This document shows, piece by piece, positions 47,164 to 60,981 of a stretch of 64,000 nt of DNA. The DNA lies in assembly GCA_965202985.1 (NCBI GenBank), contig CBDBCF010000001.1:2048001-2112000 (forward strand), written 5' to 3'. The translations under genes and the position numbers were made by a program. The notes under the pieces are model-generated. The model ran no database searches, had not been told where the DNA came from, and was given only the letters and a program-made list of their open reading frames with translations. The number at the start of each line of letters is the position of its first letter. The first letter of the stretch is position 1. The DNA is from Longimicrobiales bacterium. GTDB lineage: Bacteria > Gemmatimonadota > Gemmatimonadetes > Longimicrobiales > Gaopeijiaceae.

Positions 47164-48414
47164 ATGAATACGATCAACAGATCGACCGCCGCCGCCGGCA
47201 CGCCGTCGCCACGCCGTGAGCAAGAGCTCGACCGCCGAACGTACATGGCGTTCGTACTGGCCCTGCCTGGAATCGTACTAGCCGCGGCGTGCGGGGGCGG
47301 CCCGGCGGACGAAGGTCCCGAACTTGCAACCCGCGTCGACACCGTGGGCAGCGTGGTGCGCGTCTCCAATACCGGCGACGCCCCGGAATGGGAGCTGGTC
47401 CCAGTCGTCTCCATCGGGCCCAGGTCGGCCCTCGAGTCGAACACTCCGGAGGCGTTCGGCTCCGTATACGGGATCGCCTTCGGCGCCGGCGGCGACATCT
47501 TCGTGGCCGACGGCCTGAACCGCGAAGTCCGGGTCTTCGGCCCAGCCGGCCAGCACCTTCGTACCTTCGGGCGCCAGGGCGAAGGACCGGGGGAGTTCAG
47601 CAACCTCAATTCCCTTGCTTGGGTGGGAAGCAAGCTGCTGACGCTGGACTTCGGCTCCGGACGAGTCGGCGAGTTCTCGCCTGACGGCGAATGGTTGGGA
47701 CAGCGCAGCGAGTTCGGCGCAATCGGTGGAGGAGGCGGCGCCTTGCGTCTCTACCCCGTCGCGGCGGACGAAGCGTTCGTGCTGACCTACTCTCCCGCTC
47801 GGGGCGAAATGATCTTCGCCGGCCACGACGACGCGGGACCCACTGCGGACACCCTTCCAACTCTCGTGGCGCCGGAAGGCACGGTCAGCGGCATTACGTG
47901 CACCAGCGAAACGGCGCTCCGCAGCTATCCCATCCCCTTCGCCCCCAGAATCGTGCAGCACCCCGGACCGGGCGGCAGTATCTACTCGGCGGTGACGGAC
48001 CAGTACCGGATAGCAGTCACGCATGGCACGGACACGTTGCAGATCATCGAGCGGGAGTTGCCCGCAGAACCGGTGTCGGACGAGGAGTGGGAGGCGGGCA
48101 ACGAAGAGTACTACGCGTTCCTGGACGAAAACCCAAGTGCCTCCTGCGAGCCGCGCAGGCCGGACAAGCCCGCCGCTATGCCCTTCGTCGAGGACCTCTT
48201 CGTCGCGCCCGACGGTCGCCTGTGGGTGGAAGTCGTGCGGGCCGCGGGCAACCGGTGGGAAGTCTACGATTCCACTGGCGCATTGGTGGGCGCCATGCTT
48301 GCACCGGAACGCTCCACGGCGCCCGCCTTCGGCCTGGAGCGAATGGCGACGGCCCGTCGCGACAGCCTTGGCCTAAGCCATGTGGACGTCTGGCGGGTGT
48401 TGGAGTCGCGATGA
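47164..48414 (+). CDS. 6-bladed beta-propeller-type lipoprotein
   Basis: AAACGG lipobox; FGRQGEGPGEF; collinear paralogue of 18823-20067. Confidence 0.88.
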   Translation: MNTINRSTAAAGTPSPRREQELDRRTYMAFVLALPGIVLAAACGGGPADEGPELATRVDTVGSVVRVSNTGDAPEWELVPVVSIGPRSALESNTPEAFGSVYGIAFGAGGDIFVADGLNREVRVFGPAGQHLRTFGRQGEGPGEFSNLNSLAWVGSKLLTLDFGSGRVGEFSPDGEWLGQRSEFGAIGGGGGALRLYPVAADEAFVLTYSPARGEMIFAGHDDAGPTADTLPTLVAPEGTVSGITCTSETALRSYPIPFAPRIVQHPGPGGSIYSAVTDQYRIAVTHGTDTLQIIERELPAEPVSDEEWEAGNEEYYAFLDENPSASCEPRRPDKPAAMPFVEDLFVAPDGRLWVEVVRAAGNRWEVYDSTGALVGAMLAPERSTAPAFGLERMATARRDSLGLSHVDVWRVLESR

Positions 48415-49307
48415 TTGCGTCGCATTCTTTGCTCGACCAACTCTACGAATTCATGCTTTAGCTCTATTCCGACCCACCGGCGACCAAGCTGTTGTGCCGC
48501 AATCAACGTGGTTCCCGAGCCGGCAAAGGGATCCAGGACGACGGCACGCCCGTGACTTGTTATCTCTATGCACCGAAGAGTCATGGGCATAACGGCCGGG
48601 TGATCGGCATCCCCGGAGAAGCGACGAGGAGACGTGGGAATATCCCATACCGTGCGCAAGCGACGACCATTCGGGCCGCGCACGGCGTCGACGTTGTAGT
48701 AGTACGACTGGGACTTCGAGAACAGGAAGACGGTCTCGTGGGACTTGGTGGGCCGATCCCTGACCGACTCCGGCTGGGCGTTGGGCTTGTGCCATATGAC
48801 CTCCGACCGGAGCCACCAACCCGCTTCTTGAAGCAGGAATGCAATTCGCCAGGGGAGGCCGATCAGGTCCTTGGCCTTCAGTCCCTCGGGGGTGGGCGGG
48901 CGCACCGACATGGCTCGCACGCGATTCTTGCGATCGGGCGCTCGGTATCGTCGACTTCCCGAAGTGTACACGTCCCCAACATTCAGCCACACCGTACCAT
49001 CGCTGCGCAGTACTCGCTTTAGTTTGTCGAATGTGTGCACAAGGCGAGCCAGGTACGCATCCAGCGTGTCGTCTCTTCCCAGCTGCTGGCCTACGTCGTA
49101 GTCGCGCAAAGACCAGTAGGGCGGGGACGTCACGACGGTCTGCACGGTTTCGTCGGCTAGCAGGTCAAGTCCCGCCGACGCATCGCCGCATATCAGCACG
49201 GAATCGTCGTGATGCCGAATATCCGGTGCCTGTTGCGGGAACAATCCGAGGTCCAGCGTTGGCTGTCTCGTCGGAACGGCGGCGATCTCGTCGGAACGGC
49301 GTATCAT
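48264..49307 (-). CDS. Orphan beta-class N4-cytosine-type DNA methyltransferase
   Basis: VTSPPYW, IWHKPN, HPAVMP, LDPFAGSGTT; 3' end overlaps the convergent gene by about 150 nt, so it may be damaged. Confidence 0.85.
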   Translation of the reverse strand: MIRRSDEIAAVPTRQPTLDLGLFPQQAPDIRHHDDSVLICGDASAGLDLLADETVQTVVTSPPYWSLRDYDVGQQLGRDDTLDAYLARLVHTFDKLKRVLRSDGTVWLNVGDVYTSGSRRYRAPDRKNRVRAMSVRPPTPEGLKAKDLIGLPWRIAFLLQEAGWWLRSEVIWHKPNAQPESVRDRPTKSHETVFLFSKSQSYYYNVDAVRGPNGRRLRTVWDIPTSPRRFSGDADHPAVMPMTLRCIEITSHGRAVVLDPFAGSGTTLIAAQQLGRRWVGIELKHEFVELVEQRMRRNHRDSNTRQTSTWLRPRLSRRAVAIRSRPKAGAVERSGASMAPTNAPVES

Positions 49308-49352
49308 GCCTACGACCGTACGAAGGGACGCCCAACCAGTCAAGGTTGCTTG

Positions 49353-49748
49353 CTAACCCCCTATCGAACAGTGCTTGCCGTCCGCTTCGGCGAGCGCGGC
49401 GACGCCTTCCTTGCCCACTTGCAAAAACGGGATCGTCGGGTAGCCGAGTTCCTGGGCGACCAGCACTCCCAGCACGAGGATCGCGTCGGGCTCGCCTACC
49501 ACCACGCCGGCCGGGGCCGTGCCGTTGCGCAGCAACTCCAGCATGATCGCGCTGGACGAGCTCGAGCCGATGGTGCGCTCCGTGGCGACGATGCGGCCGC
49601 CCAGCCGCTCCCCGTGCTGGGGGTGCCGGGGGTCGGCGATCCGACCGGACTCGGGGTCCACGCCGCCCCAGAAGCTGACGGGCTTCTGGAGGAACAGGAG
49701 CCGTCCCCGGGCGCTTCCCGGGTGGACCACCGTGCCGGTCAGCTCCAC
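49353..49748 (-). CDS. Aconitase X swivel subunit (DUF126)
   Basis: PVSFWGGVDPESGRI.D.RHP, GSSSSS, APAG. Confidence 0.88.
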   Translation of the reverse strand: MELTGTVVHPGSARGRLLFLQKPVSFWGGVDPESGRIADPRHPQHGERLGGRIVATERTIGSSSSSAIMLELLRNGTAPAGVVVGEPDAILVLGVLVAQELGYPTIPFLQVGKEGVAALAEADGKHCSIGG

Positions 49749-51004
49749 AGGCTTTCGTTCCGAACGACCCGGCCGCGGGCTGCCGACGCGACGCAGTCCT
49801 CCAGGCTTCCGTAGACCACGCCGTATCCGGTGTTGGACGGCGTGTAGTGCGCGAACTTGCCGGAGTTGGTCATGAGGACGCCGCCGGTCGGCGGGAGGAC
49901 GGGAGTGACGACCACGCAGGTGTCCACGACGATCTCCACGCCTGCGCTCCGGAAGCGCTCCAGGCGGCCTTCCCGTTCCAGGCGGCGGTACTCGACGCGG
50001 CCCGTGCACACATAGAACGGCTTGGCGAAGGGGCGGGACGGCAGGAGCGGCTCCAGTTGGGCGAACTCCGCAGCGGAGAAGTGCGGGCTGCCGACGGCGA
50101 CGGCGTCGATCGGGCCGGAGGCTGCGGTGCTCAGGGCGTCGCGGACGGCGCGAAGTTCGGCGGGCTCGGGGGTCATGACCGATTCGGCCCTTGCGCCGCC
50201 CAACGCGGTGGACAGGTCGGGCGCTTCCGGGGTCACGCCTTCGATGTGGAAGAGACCCACGGCGCCCGAGGAGGCGGCCGCTGCGCCCAGCGCCTTCAGC
50301 TGGTCCTCCGTGACGGTGTGGGGAAGGCCGGTAATCGCGGCCACGCGGTCGCCCACGGCGCTGCCCAACCACGCGCCCAGCACGGGGTAGAACACATCGC
50401 GCGCCTTCAAGGCCGAGTTCACGCCGCTGGTGTCCACGAGCACCGTGGCACGGCGGTTCTCGTCCAAGTGCAGACCCGTGCGGGGCGCCCGTCCGGCTAT
50501 GGCGCAGCAGATGTCCATGAAGTCGCCGTAGCGGTTGGTGCGTGCGCCCAGCACCGAGTTGGCGAAGGCGACCGCGTTGCTCTCGCCCCAGGCCACGTGC
50601 TCGCCCGCCGCCGGTCGGTGGCCGGACTGGTACGGCGCGCACGTCCAGGTAGGATTGCAGCCCAGCGCTTGGTACGCCTTCATCTGGCGAAGCGCCATCT
50701 CGCGCCGCCGACCCGTCGAGCGCACGCGCTCCGGGTTCAGAAGGTCCAGCGCGCCCACGTTCAGCGTGGCCGGCACGGCCGTCTTTCCGCCCAGCTCCAC
50801 CAGTCGCTCGGCGAACTCGGTGCCGCCGTCGCCGTGGTAGAGGCATCCGTCGATGTGGGCCGACGCGATCTCGACGAGTTCGCGCGCACCCAGGATCTCG
50901 CCCATGCGAACGACGATCCGCATGGCCAGCTGTCGCGCGGGACCGGCTTCGCCGCCGAGGAAGGCGGCTTCCTCGTCGGAGAGCAGCAGGGGAGTGCGGG
51001 TCAC
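49739..51004 (-). CDS. Aconitase X catalytic subunit (DUF521)
   Basis: SAHIDGC, TCAPY, WGESNAV.FANSVLGARTNR, GSPH, DTC, TNSGK. Confidence 0.92.
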   Translation of the reverse strand: MTRTPLLLSDEEAAFLGGEAGPARQLAMRIVVRMGEILGARELVEIASAHIDGCLYHGDGGTEFAERLVELGGKTAVPATLNVGALDLLNPERVRSTGRRREMALRQMKAYQALGCNPTWTCAPYQSGHRPAAGEHVAWGESNAVAFANSVLGARTNRYGDFMDICCAIAGRAPRTGLHLDENRRATVLVDTSGVNSALKARDVFYPVLGAWLGSAVGDRVAAITGLPHTVTEDQLKALGAAAASSGAVGLFHIEGVTPEAPDLSTALGGARAESVMTPEPAELRAVRDALSTAASGPIDAVAVGSPHFSAAEFAQLEPLLPSRPFAKPFYVCTGRVEYRRLEREGRLERFRSAGVEIVVDTCVVVTPVLPPTGGVLMTNSGKFAHYTPSNTGYGVVYGSLEDCVASAARGRVVRNESLWS

Positions 51005-51079
51005 GGGGCGGAGGGGGGCTGGGCTCGGGCAGTCCAGTCTGCGGGCGGCTTGGGCAGTCTGCGGGCGGGCAATATACTG

Positions 51080-54570
<3,491 letters not shown>

Positions 54571-54671
54571 GCAGCTCGCCCAAGTAGTCCTTGGTCGTCA
54601 ATCCGCTTGCTCATCATCTTCACGATCCGCTTCTTCGTCTCGCGGATCGCTTGCCCAATCGTCGCGTGAGT

Positions 54672-54845
54672 TTATCCCCCTCGGCGTGACTGGTTGGTCG
54701 TAGCGCTCAATTCTTCACGAAATTGATCGAGCTTCGCGCTTGCGTCGTCGAGCCGCTTGCCCAGCGATCGCTCCAACGATCGGGTCGTCGCAAAGACGCC
54801 GAGCGCCAGCGCCATCAGTCCTCCCACCCACTGCCAGACCGTCAT
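54672..54845 (-). pseudogene. Small TM + coiled-coil protein, probably frameshifted
   Basis: AGGAGG RBS; MTVWQWVGGLMALALGVFATTRSLERSLGKRLDD; a SKRIDD-like continuation lies in another frame further downstream. Confidence 0.5.
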
Positions 54846-54977
54846 CCCTGCATCCTCCTTTCGGGCGACTCCGGCGTCGCCACGTTTCGATGAGTCCAGC
54901 TGCTTGCGGGCGTGGGCACTGGCTGATCCCAGCCCCGGGCGAGCAAGGTAACGCAGGAGGCCGGACGTGTCTGCCGC

Positions 54978-55976
54978 CTATTCACCTTGCACCGGATCGA
55001 GCATCCAGTCGTAGGCCGGACGGACGTCCACGTCGGCAGGCGCTTCGGCGGGAAGGCCGTCCTGGGTCAGCGTCAGCAGCCTGCGGCGTGCCTGCGGATG
55101 CTGGGCGCCGGCGACGTCCAGCGCGCGAAACTCGCGAGCTGCGGTGGACGGCTCCGACATGTCGGCGCAAACCTGAAGCAGCTCCGTCCGTCCGTTGGGA
55201 GTTCGGGCGAGGAAGTCGACCTCGTAGCCCTCGGGCGTGCTCACATAGGAGACTTCGCACCGTCGCCGTGCCAGCTCGATCAGAACGGCCGTTTCCAGGG
55301 CATGTCCCGTGTTGGCTCGGTCCGCGCGGTCGAACACGGGGATCAGCCCTGTGTCGGCCGGGTACGCCTTCCGCGGATTGACCATGCGCTGCCGCTCCGA
55401 CGCCGACTCCATGTCGACGACTCGCACAAGAAAGCAGTCCTCCAAGTGAGCGAGCAGTTCGTGCAGAGTGTCCTTGGCCACGGCCACGCCCTGGGACTTG
55501 AGAGCGGCATGGAACTTCCGGATGCTGAACCGCCCCCCGGCGTTGCCCAGCAAGTGGCGCACCAGCCATCGCAGGGCGACGACGTTGCGCACTTGGTGAC
55601 GCTCCAAGACGTCGCGGAGCATTGCAACGTCCACATAGTCTCGAAGGAGCTGGTGCCTAGTTGCGCGGTCGAGACATTGCGCCTCGGGAAAGCCGCCTTC
55701 GACGAGCCAATCGAGGAAGGCACGTTCCAGCCGACCTCGTTCCGGGCCGGTGAGAGGCGTCGGGCCGGGCGGCCGGCGCCCCTGGTGCTCCAGCGACTCG
55801 GCGAAGCTGAACGGGTGGAGCGACACCTGCCATGCTCGGCCGCGCATCGCCGTCGCGACTTCCGAGGACAGCATCGCCGCCGACGAGCCGGTGACGACGA
55901 CGTCCGCATCGCACGTGTCGAGGAGCCTCCGGACGAAACGCTCCCAGCCAGGCGCGACGCGGAGCTTTCGTCCATG
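54978..55976 (-). pseudogene. AAA_14/DUF4143 ATPase lacking its N-terminal Walker A region
   Basis: PGWERFVRRLLD...VTGSS...LSSE.AT..RGR, GGFPE, RK.Y.AD.G, LETAV, EVDF, LLQV; the upstream ATG is out of frame. Confidence 0.75.
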
Positions 55977-56006
55977 AAATCATCCTTTTCAGAAGGATAA
56001 TATCTG

Positions 56007-57400
56007 GGCTCTTCGCTTAACCTAGTGGGTTCGCGGTTGGGCAGAGTGCTGAGCATCGCTTGTCGAGGAAGGCGGGACGAGGGGTCTACGGGGTCACCGG
56101 CGGGCGGTGCGGGGCGAGAGGTCGAGGCCGCCGAGGTGGAAGAGGATGGCGGTGACGAAGCGGTCGTAGTTGCGGAAGCCGCGGCTGCGGGCCTTGACCA
56201 TCTGGATCCTGCTGTTGATGCTCTCGGCCGGGCCGTTGGTCGCTCGCAGCACGACGGCGTTGAGTATGCCCCACAGGTGGGCGCCGACCATCTCGGCGAC
56301 CTTGTGAACGGGCGCGAGCCCGCAGCCCGACGCCCATTGCAGCCAGTGCAGCCAGGCGTTCTCGGCCGAGCCCCGGAGCTTGTAGTCCCACAGCTTCGAT
56401 GCCGCCTCCTTCACCGCCCAGGCGCGGGCGGTCCGGTCCACGTTCTTGCGCAGCGCCGCGAACGCCAGCTTCTCGGCGTGACTCATCTTGCCGCGTCCAG
56501 TCAGCCACCGGTAGCGCGTCCTCGCGAGCACGGCGCTGCCCTGCGCCAGCAGCTCGCGGTGCTCGGCGCGCCGCACCTTGTCCACCGCGTCCGCCAGGTG
56601 CTTGGCCACGTGGAAGCGGTCGAACGCCGTCTTCAGCTCCGCGCCCGGCACCCACTCCCCCGTCGCCGCCACGTAGGGGCCCCACATGTCCATCGACACG
56701 CTCTCCAACCCGGCCAGCCAGCCGCCGTCCCTGCTCCGGTAGAACTGCGCCAGCGACTCTCGGGTCCGACCCTTCGCCACGTGCAGCACGCGCCCCGTGT
56801 CCGTGTCCGACACGATCGTCGCGTACCGGTGGCCGCGCTTGACCGACGTCTCGTCCACCGCCAGCCGCCGGACCGGCTCCGCCTTCCGGCGCTCGAGCCC
56901 CCGGCGCACCGCCCGCTCCATGATGCCGCTCACAGCGTTCCAGCTCATCCTCATGCGCTTCGACACCCCCAGGATGCTGGCCTCGCCGAGCCACGCCGTC
57001 ACCTCCTCCTCGAACGCCGCCGTGTACCTCGACTTGTCCGCCGCCCAGGGCATCGATGCCGTCCGCACCCCGTGCTCCGGACACTCGACCCGAGGCAGGT
57101 CGCAGACCACGAACGTCTTGTAGCCCCAAGCGTCCAGGTGCCGCCACTCCCGCTCCCGAGCGTCGTATCCCGGACACGGCCGGCCGCACTCGGGACACGT
57201 CAACGGCTCGCCCGTCCGCCTCGCCACGCGCACCCGCGCCTCCATCAGCACCGGGTCCTCCTCGACCCCCTTCACCTCCCAGCCCGGCCCCAACGCCATC
57301 AAGCTCTCCACCCACTTCCGCATCTCCATCCTCGCCTCCTCGGTTCATGGTCCATGTCGCCCCTTGATCCTACACAGCCCACACCATATGGGGAAGCGCC
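56007..57400 (-). mobile_element. ISL3-family insertion sequence, 1394 bp, with 8-bp TSD AATATCTG
   Basis: Imperfect IRs GGCTCTTCGC.../...GGGAAGCGCC; AATATCTG at 55999-56006 and 57401-57408. Confidence 0.93.
56094..57329 (-). CDS. ISL3 transposase
   Basis: CPECG zinc finger, WRHLD, AVDE, SMDMW, DRFHV, TNGPAESIN, RGFRN. Confidence 0.95.
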   Translation of the reverse strand: MEMRKWVESLMALGPGWEVKGVEEDPVLMEARVRVARRTGEPLTCPECGRPCPGYDAREREWRHLDAWGYKTFVVCDLPRVECPEHGVRTASMPWAADKSRYTAAFEEEVTAWLGEASILGVSKRMRMSWNAVSGIMERAVRRGLERRKAEPVRRLAVDETSVKRGHRYATIVSDTDTGRVLHVAKGRTRESLAQFYRSRDGGWLAGLESVSMDMWGPYVAATGEWVPGAELKTAFDRFHVAKHLADAVDKVRRAEHRELLAQGSAVLARTRYRWLTGRGKMSHAEKLAFAALRKNVDRTARAWAVKEAASKLWDYKLRGSAENAWLHWLQWASGCGLAPVHKVAEMVGAHLWGILNAVVLRATNGPAESINSRIQMVKARSRGFRNYDRFVTAILFHLGGLDLSPRTARR

Positions 57401-57435
57401 AATATCTGATGTATTCGTCCGTTTAGCGGGGACAA

Positions 57436-57900
57436 CTATTCGTGCGAACTCAGGTGCCGCTCGGCACCCTTCAGCGGATCCCGCACCCTCAGCTCCGGGA
57501 ACAGCCGGAAGTCCCGGTCCCGCGTCAGCAGCACATCCGCACCGTGGGCCAAGCAGATCGCCGCCACGCGGGCGTCGTGCACGACCGGGCCTCGCACCTT
57601 GGGGCGCTGGACCAGCTGGCCGAAGACCTCCAGAAAGCCGTCGGTCTCGCCGATCAGTCGGCAGGAGGGCGAATCGGTCCAGGCGCGAAGTTGGCGCCAG
57701 GCCTGTTCGGGGGTCGTGGCGGCGTCCTTCCAGATGCGGCGGTTGGTCGCGATCGACAGGAACTCGTAGCAGCACGGCCACGGAATGGCCCAAGGCCGGC
57801 GTCCTTCCGCCAGCGGGCGCAGCACTTGGCCGGCGGCCCGGTGCAGCGCAGATTCCCGGCGGTGAGCATAGACGAGCAGGTTCGCGTCTACGGCGGTCAC
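57436..57900 (-). CDS. vapC: VapC PIN-domain toxin
   Basis: AVDANLLVYA, YEFL, VHDARVAA, TRDRDF. Confidence 0.92.
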   Translation of the reverse strand: MTAVDANLLVYAHRRESALHRAAGQVLRPLAEGRRPWAIPWPCCYEFLSIATNRRIWKDAATTPEQAWRQLRAWTDSPSCRLIGETDGFLEVFGQLVQRPKVRGPVVHDARVAAICLAHGADVLLTRDRDFRLFPELRVRDPLKGAERHLSSHE

Positions 57901-57907
57901 GGGGCGC

Positions 57908-58159
57908 TCACTGGGCGTTGGGGTCGCCGTACACGACTTCGCTCAAGTCTTGCCACGAGTAGGCTTCCAAGGGGTCGTCGCCTTGGGGGTCGCCCACGCT
58001 CATGTCGGGCAGGCGGTACGGTTGCGACGGCCGACGGGAGGCGTCCAGGACCATGCGAAGCCCTTCTTCGACCACCGCGCGCAGCGGGCGGCCAGTCTTC
58101 TTGGCGTGGCGCTTGGCCCGAGCCAGCAACAGGTCCTGCACGTCGATGGTGGTCTTCAT
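57908..58159 (-). CDS. RHH antitoxin (VapB/DUF2191-like)
   Basis: MKTTIDVQDLLLARAK...LRAVVEEGLR. Confidence 0.88.
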   Translation of the reverse strand: MKTTIDVQDLLLARAKRHAKKTGRPLRAVVEEGLRMVLDASRRPSQPYRLPDMSVGDPQGDDPLEAYSWQDLSEVVYGDPNAQ

Positions 58160-58161
58160 CT

Positions 58162-58190
58162 CCCATATTAGCCATACTCGCTGATATGGG
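58162..58190. promoter_or_regulatory. Palindromic TA operator CCCATATTAGC-N7-GCTGATATGGG
   Basis: 10/11 inverted repeat directly upstream of the antitoxin start. Confidence 0.65.
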
Positions 58191-59028
58191 CAAGCAATAT
58201 CCAGCGGTCGCACCACCAGGTCCGGTCGTGCCCCGGCATCCGGCGCTGCGGATTCGCGACCTGTCGCTGCGCTTCGGGGGCGTGGCGGCGCTGTCGGGGC
58301 TGGGCTTCGACGTTCGGCAGGGCGAGCTCTTGGCCGTCATCGGTCCCAACGGGGCGGGCAAGACCAGCGTCCTGAACTGCGTTTCGGGACTGTACCGGCC
58401 CGAGTCGGGGTCGATCGCGGTCGTGGACCGGCAGGGCGCGCGCCGCTTCGTGCACCGGCTGGCGCCGCACCGGATCGCAGCGCTCGGCGTGGCGCGGACC
58501 TTCCAGAACATCGAGCTCTTCAAGCACATGACGGTGCTCGAGAACCTGATGCTGGGGCGCCACCTGCACATGACCGGGGGCGTGCTGAGCGGCGGCGTCT
58601 ACTGGGGGCGGCAGCGTCGAGTCGAGACCCGGCACCGGCGGCAAGTCGAGCGCGTCGTGGATTTCTTGCGGCTGGAGCCGTTGCGCGACTCGGAGGTGGG
58701 CGCCCTGGCCTACGGCGCCCAGAAGCTGGTGGAGCTGGGGCGGGCGCTGGCCATGGAGCCGTCGCTGCTGCTGCTGGACGAACCCACGGCCGGCATGAAC
58801 GCCGAAGAGAAGGAATCGATGGCGCGCTTCGTGCTGGACGTGAACCAGGAACGGGGCGTCGCGGTGGTCGTGGTGGACCACGACATCGACGTGGTCATGG
58901 ACATCGCCGACCGCGTGGTCGTGCTGGATTTCGGCAGGAAGATCGCGGAAGGGACGCCCGCCGAAGTGTGCGCCGACCCGGCAGTGGTGGACGCCTACCT
59001 GGGACGGACGGCAACAAGCGCCGCATGA
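58186..59028 (+). CDS. LivG-like ABC transporter ATP-binding protein
   Basis: GPNGAGKT, ARTFQN, LLLDEP; start uncertain. Confidence 0.92.
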   Translation: MGKQYPAVAPPGPVVPRHPALRIRDLSLRFGGVAALSGLGFDVRQGELLAVIGPNGAGKTSVLNCVSGLYRPESGSIAVVDRQGARRFVHRLAPHRIAALGVARTFQNIELFKHMTVLENLMLGRHLHMTGGVLSGGVYWGRQRRVETRHRRQVERVVDFLRLEPLRDSEVGALAYGAQKLVELGRALAMEPSLLLLDEPTAGMNAEEKESMARFVLDVNQERGVAVVVVDHDIDVVMDIADRVVVLDFGRKIAEGTPAEVCADPAVVDAYLGRTATSAA

Positions 59029-60971
59029 GCGGCACGGACGACGCCGGCAACGCGCGCTCCCCGGACGCGCTCACGTTGCCCGGCCTGCTGGCCCTTCGCG
59101 CCGCCCGAACGCCGGACGCCGTGGCGCTCCGAGAGAAGGAGTTCGGCATCTGGCAGGAGATCACGTGGGCAGGCTACCTGGGCCGCGTGCGGCGTTTCGC
59201 CCTGGGGCTGGCCGAGATGGGCGTCCGCAAGGGCGACCGGATCGCCGTCGCGGGCGACAACCGACCCGAATGGGTGATCGCCGAGCTGGCGGCGCAAGTC
59301 CTGGGCGCGCTGCCGCTGGGGTTGTACCAGGACGCGGTGGCGGACGAACTGGCCTCGCTGCTGGAGGCCGCGGACGCCGCGGTCGTGGTGGCCGAAGACC
59401 AGGAGCAGGTGGACAAGGTGTTGCAGGTGCGCGGCCGCCTGCCGTCGCTGCGCCACGTCGTCTACTACGACTCCCGCGGCTTGCAGGGCTACGAGGCGCC
59501 GGGCCTGACGGCCTTCGAGGACGCCGAGTCCCGGGGCGCCGCCGCCCACACCGCGCGCCCGAACGCCTTCGACGAACGCTTGTCCGCCGTCCGACCGGAC
59601 GACACGGCGCTCTTGTGCACCACGTCGGGCACCACCAGCCGGCCCAAGCTGGCCATGCTGTCGCACGCCAACCTCTTGTCGATGGCGGACCAGTTCCAGC
59701 GCGCCGACCCCATGTCCCCCGGCGACGACTGCGTGTCGTTCCTGCCCCTGGCGTGGGTCGGAGAGCAGATGATCGCGGTGTCCAGCGCGCTTTGCGTCGG
59801 CTTTGCCGTGAACTTCCCCGAAGAGGCCGAGACGGTGCGCAAGGACCTGCGCGAGATCGGGCCTCGGGTGGTCGTGTCGCCGCCGCGCATCTGGGAGAGC
59901 ATAGTGTCCGACGTGCAAGTCATGGCGGAAGACGCGACGCCGCTCAAGCGCCGAGCGTACCGATGGGCCATGGACGCGGGGGCCGCGACCGCCGAAGCCG
60001 GCTTCCAGGGGCGTCGGCCGACGGCGGTCGAACGATGGCGGCGGCGCGTTGCGGACTGGATCGTGCTGCGTCCGTTGCGCGACCAGCTGGGGCTGAGCCG
60101 GGTCCGTCGGGCGTACACGGGAGGTGCGGCGCTGGGGCCCGACGTGTTTCGCTTCTTTCACGCCGTCGGCGTCAACCTGAAGCAGCTTTACGGCCAGACC
60201 GAGGTGTCCGGGATATCGGTTGTGCATCGGGACGACGGCGTTCGCTTTCACACCGTGGGCACGCCGTTGCCCGACACCGAGATCCGCATCGCCGACACGG
60301 GCGAAATCTTGTGCAGGAGCCCCGCCGTCTTCCAAGGCTACTTCCGCGACTCCGAAGCCACCGCGGCGGCGTTGGACGACGAAGGCTGGCTTCGGTCCGG
60401 CGACGCGGGCTACTTCGACGACGGCCACTTGGTCGTGGTGGACCGCTTGGCCGACGTGATGCGCTTGGCCGGCGGCGAAACCTTCTCGCCCCAGTTCGTG
60501 GAGAACAAGCTCAAGTTCAGCCCCTACGTGCGCGAGGCGGTCGTCTTCGGCGGGGGCGACTTGCCGTTCGTGACGGCGATGATCGCCATCGACATGGAGA
60601 ACGCGGGACAGTGGGCGGAGCGCCGTCGCGTCGCCTACACCACCTTTACGGACTTGGCTCGCAAGGAAGAAGTGCGCGCCCTGATCCGGGCGCATGTCGC
60701 GCGCGTCAACGAAGCGCTTCCCGTCGCGGCTCGCATCCGCCGCTTCCTCCTCCTGCACAAGGAGCTCCACGCCGACGACGCCGAGCTCACGCGCACCCGG
60801 AAGGTCCGCCGCCGACACGTGGAGTCGCGCTTCCGAGAGCTTGTGCAGGCGCTGAACGGAGATGCGGACTCGGTGGCCGTGGAGACGGAGATCGCCTACC
60901 AGGACGGGCGCACCGCCGCCCTCCGGCACGACTTGCGCATCGAGACGCTGGACCCCGGGGCCGCGGGCTGA
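59025..60971 (+). CDS. Long-chain acyl-CoA synthetase (AMP-binding)
   Basis: TTSGTTSRPK, YGQTE, GWLRSGDAG, ELTRTRK. Confidence 0.93.
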   Translation: MSGTDDAGNARSPDALTLPGLLALRAARTPDAVALREKEFGIWQEITWAGYLGRVRRFALGLAEMGVRKGDRIAVAGDNRPEWVIAELAAQVLGALPLGLYQDAVADELASLLEAADAAVVVAEDQEQVDKVLQVRGRLPSLRHVVYYDSRGLQGYEAPGLTAFEDAESRGAAAHTARPNAFDERLSAVRPDDTALLCTTSGTTSRPKLAMLSHANLLSMADQFQRADPMSPGDDCVSFLPLAWVGEQMIAVSSALCVGFAVNFPEEAETVRKDLREIGPRVVVSPPRIWESIVSDVQVMAEDATPLKRRAYRWAMDAGAATAEAGFQGRRPTAVERWRRRVADWIVLRPLRDQLGLSRVRRAYTGGAALGPDVFRFFHAVGVNLKQLYGQTEVSGISVVHRDDGVRFHTVGTPLPDTEIRIADTGEILCRSPAVFQGYFRDSEATAAALDDEGWLRSGDAGYFDDGHLVVVDRLADVMRLAGGETFSPQFVENKLKFSPYVREAVVFGGGDLPFVTAMIAIDMENAGQWAERRRVAYTTFTDLARKEEVRALIRAHVARVNEALPVAARIRRFLLLHKELHADDAELTRTRKVRRRHVESRFRELVQALNGDADSVAVETEIAYQDGRTAALRHDLRIETLDPGAAG

Positions 60972-60981
60972 GGCCGTCGTC

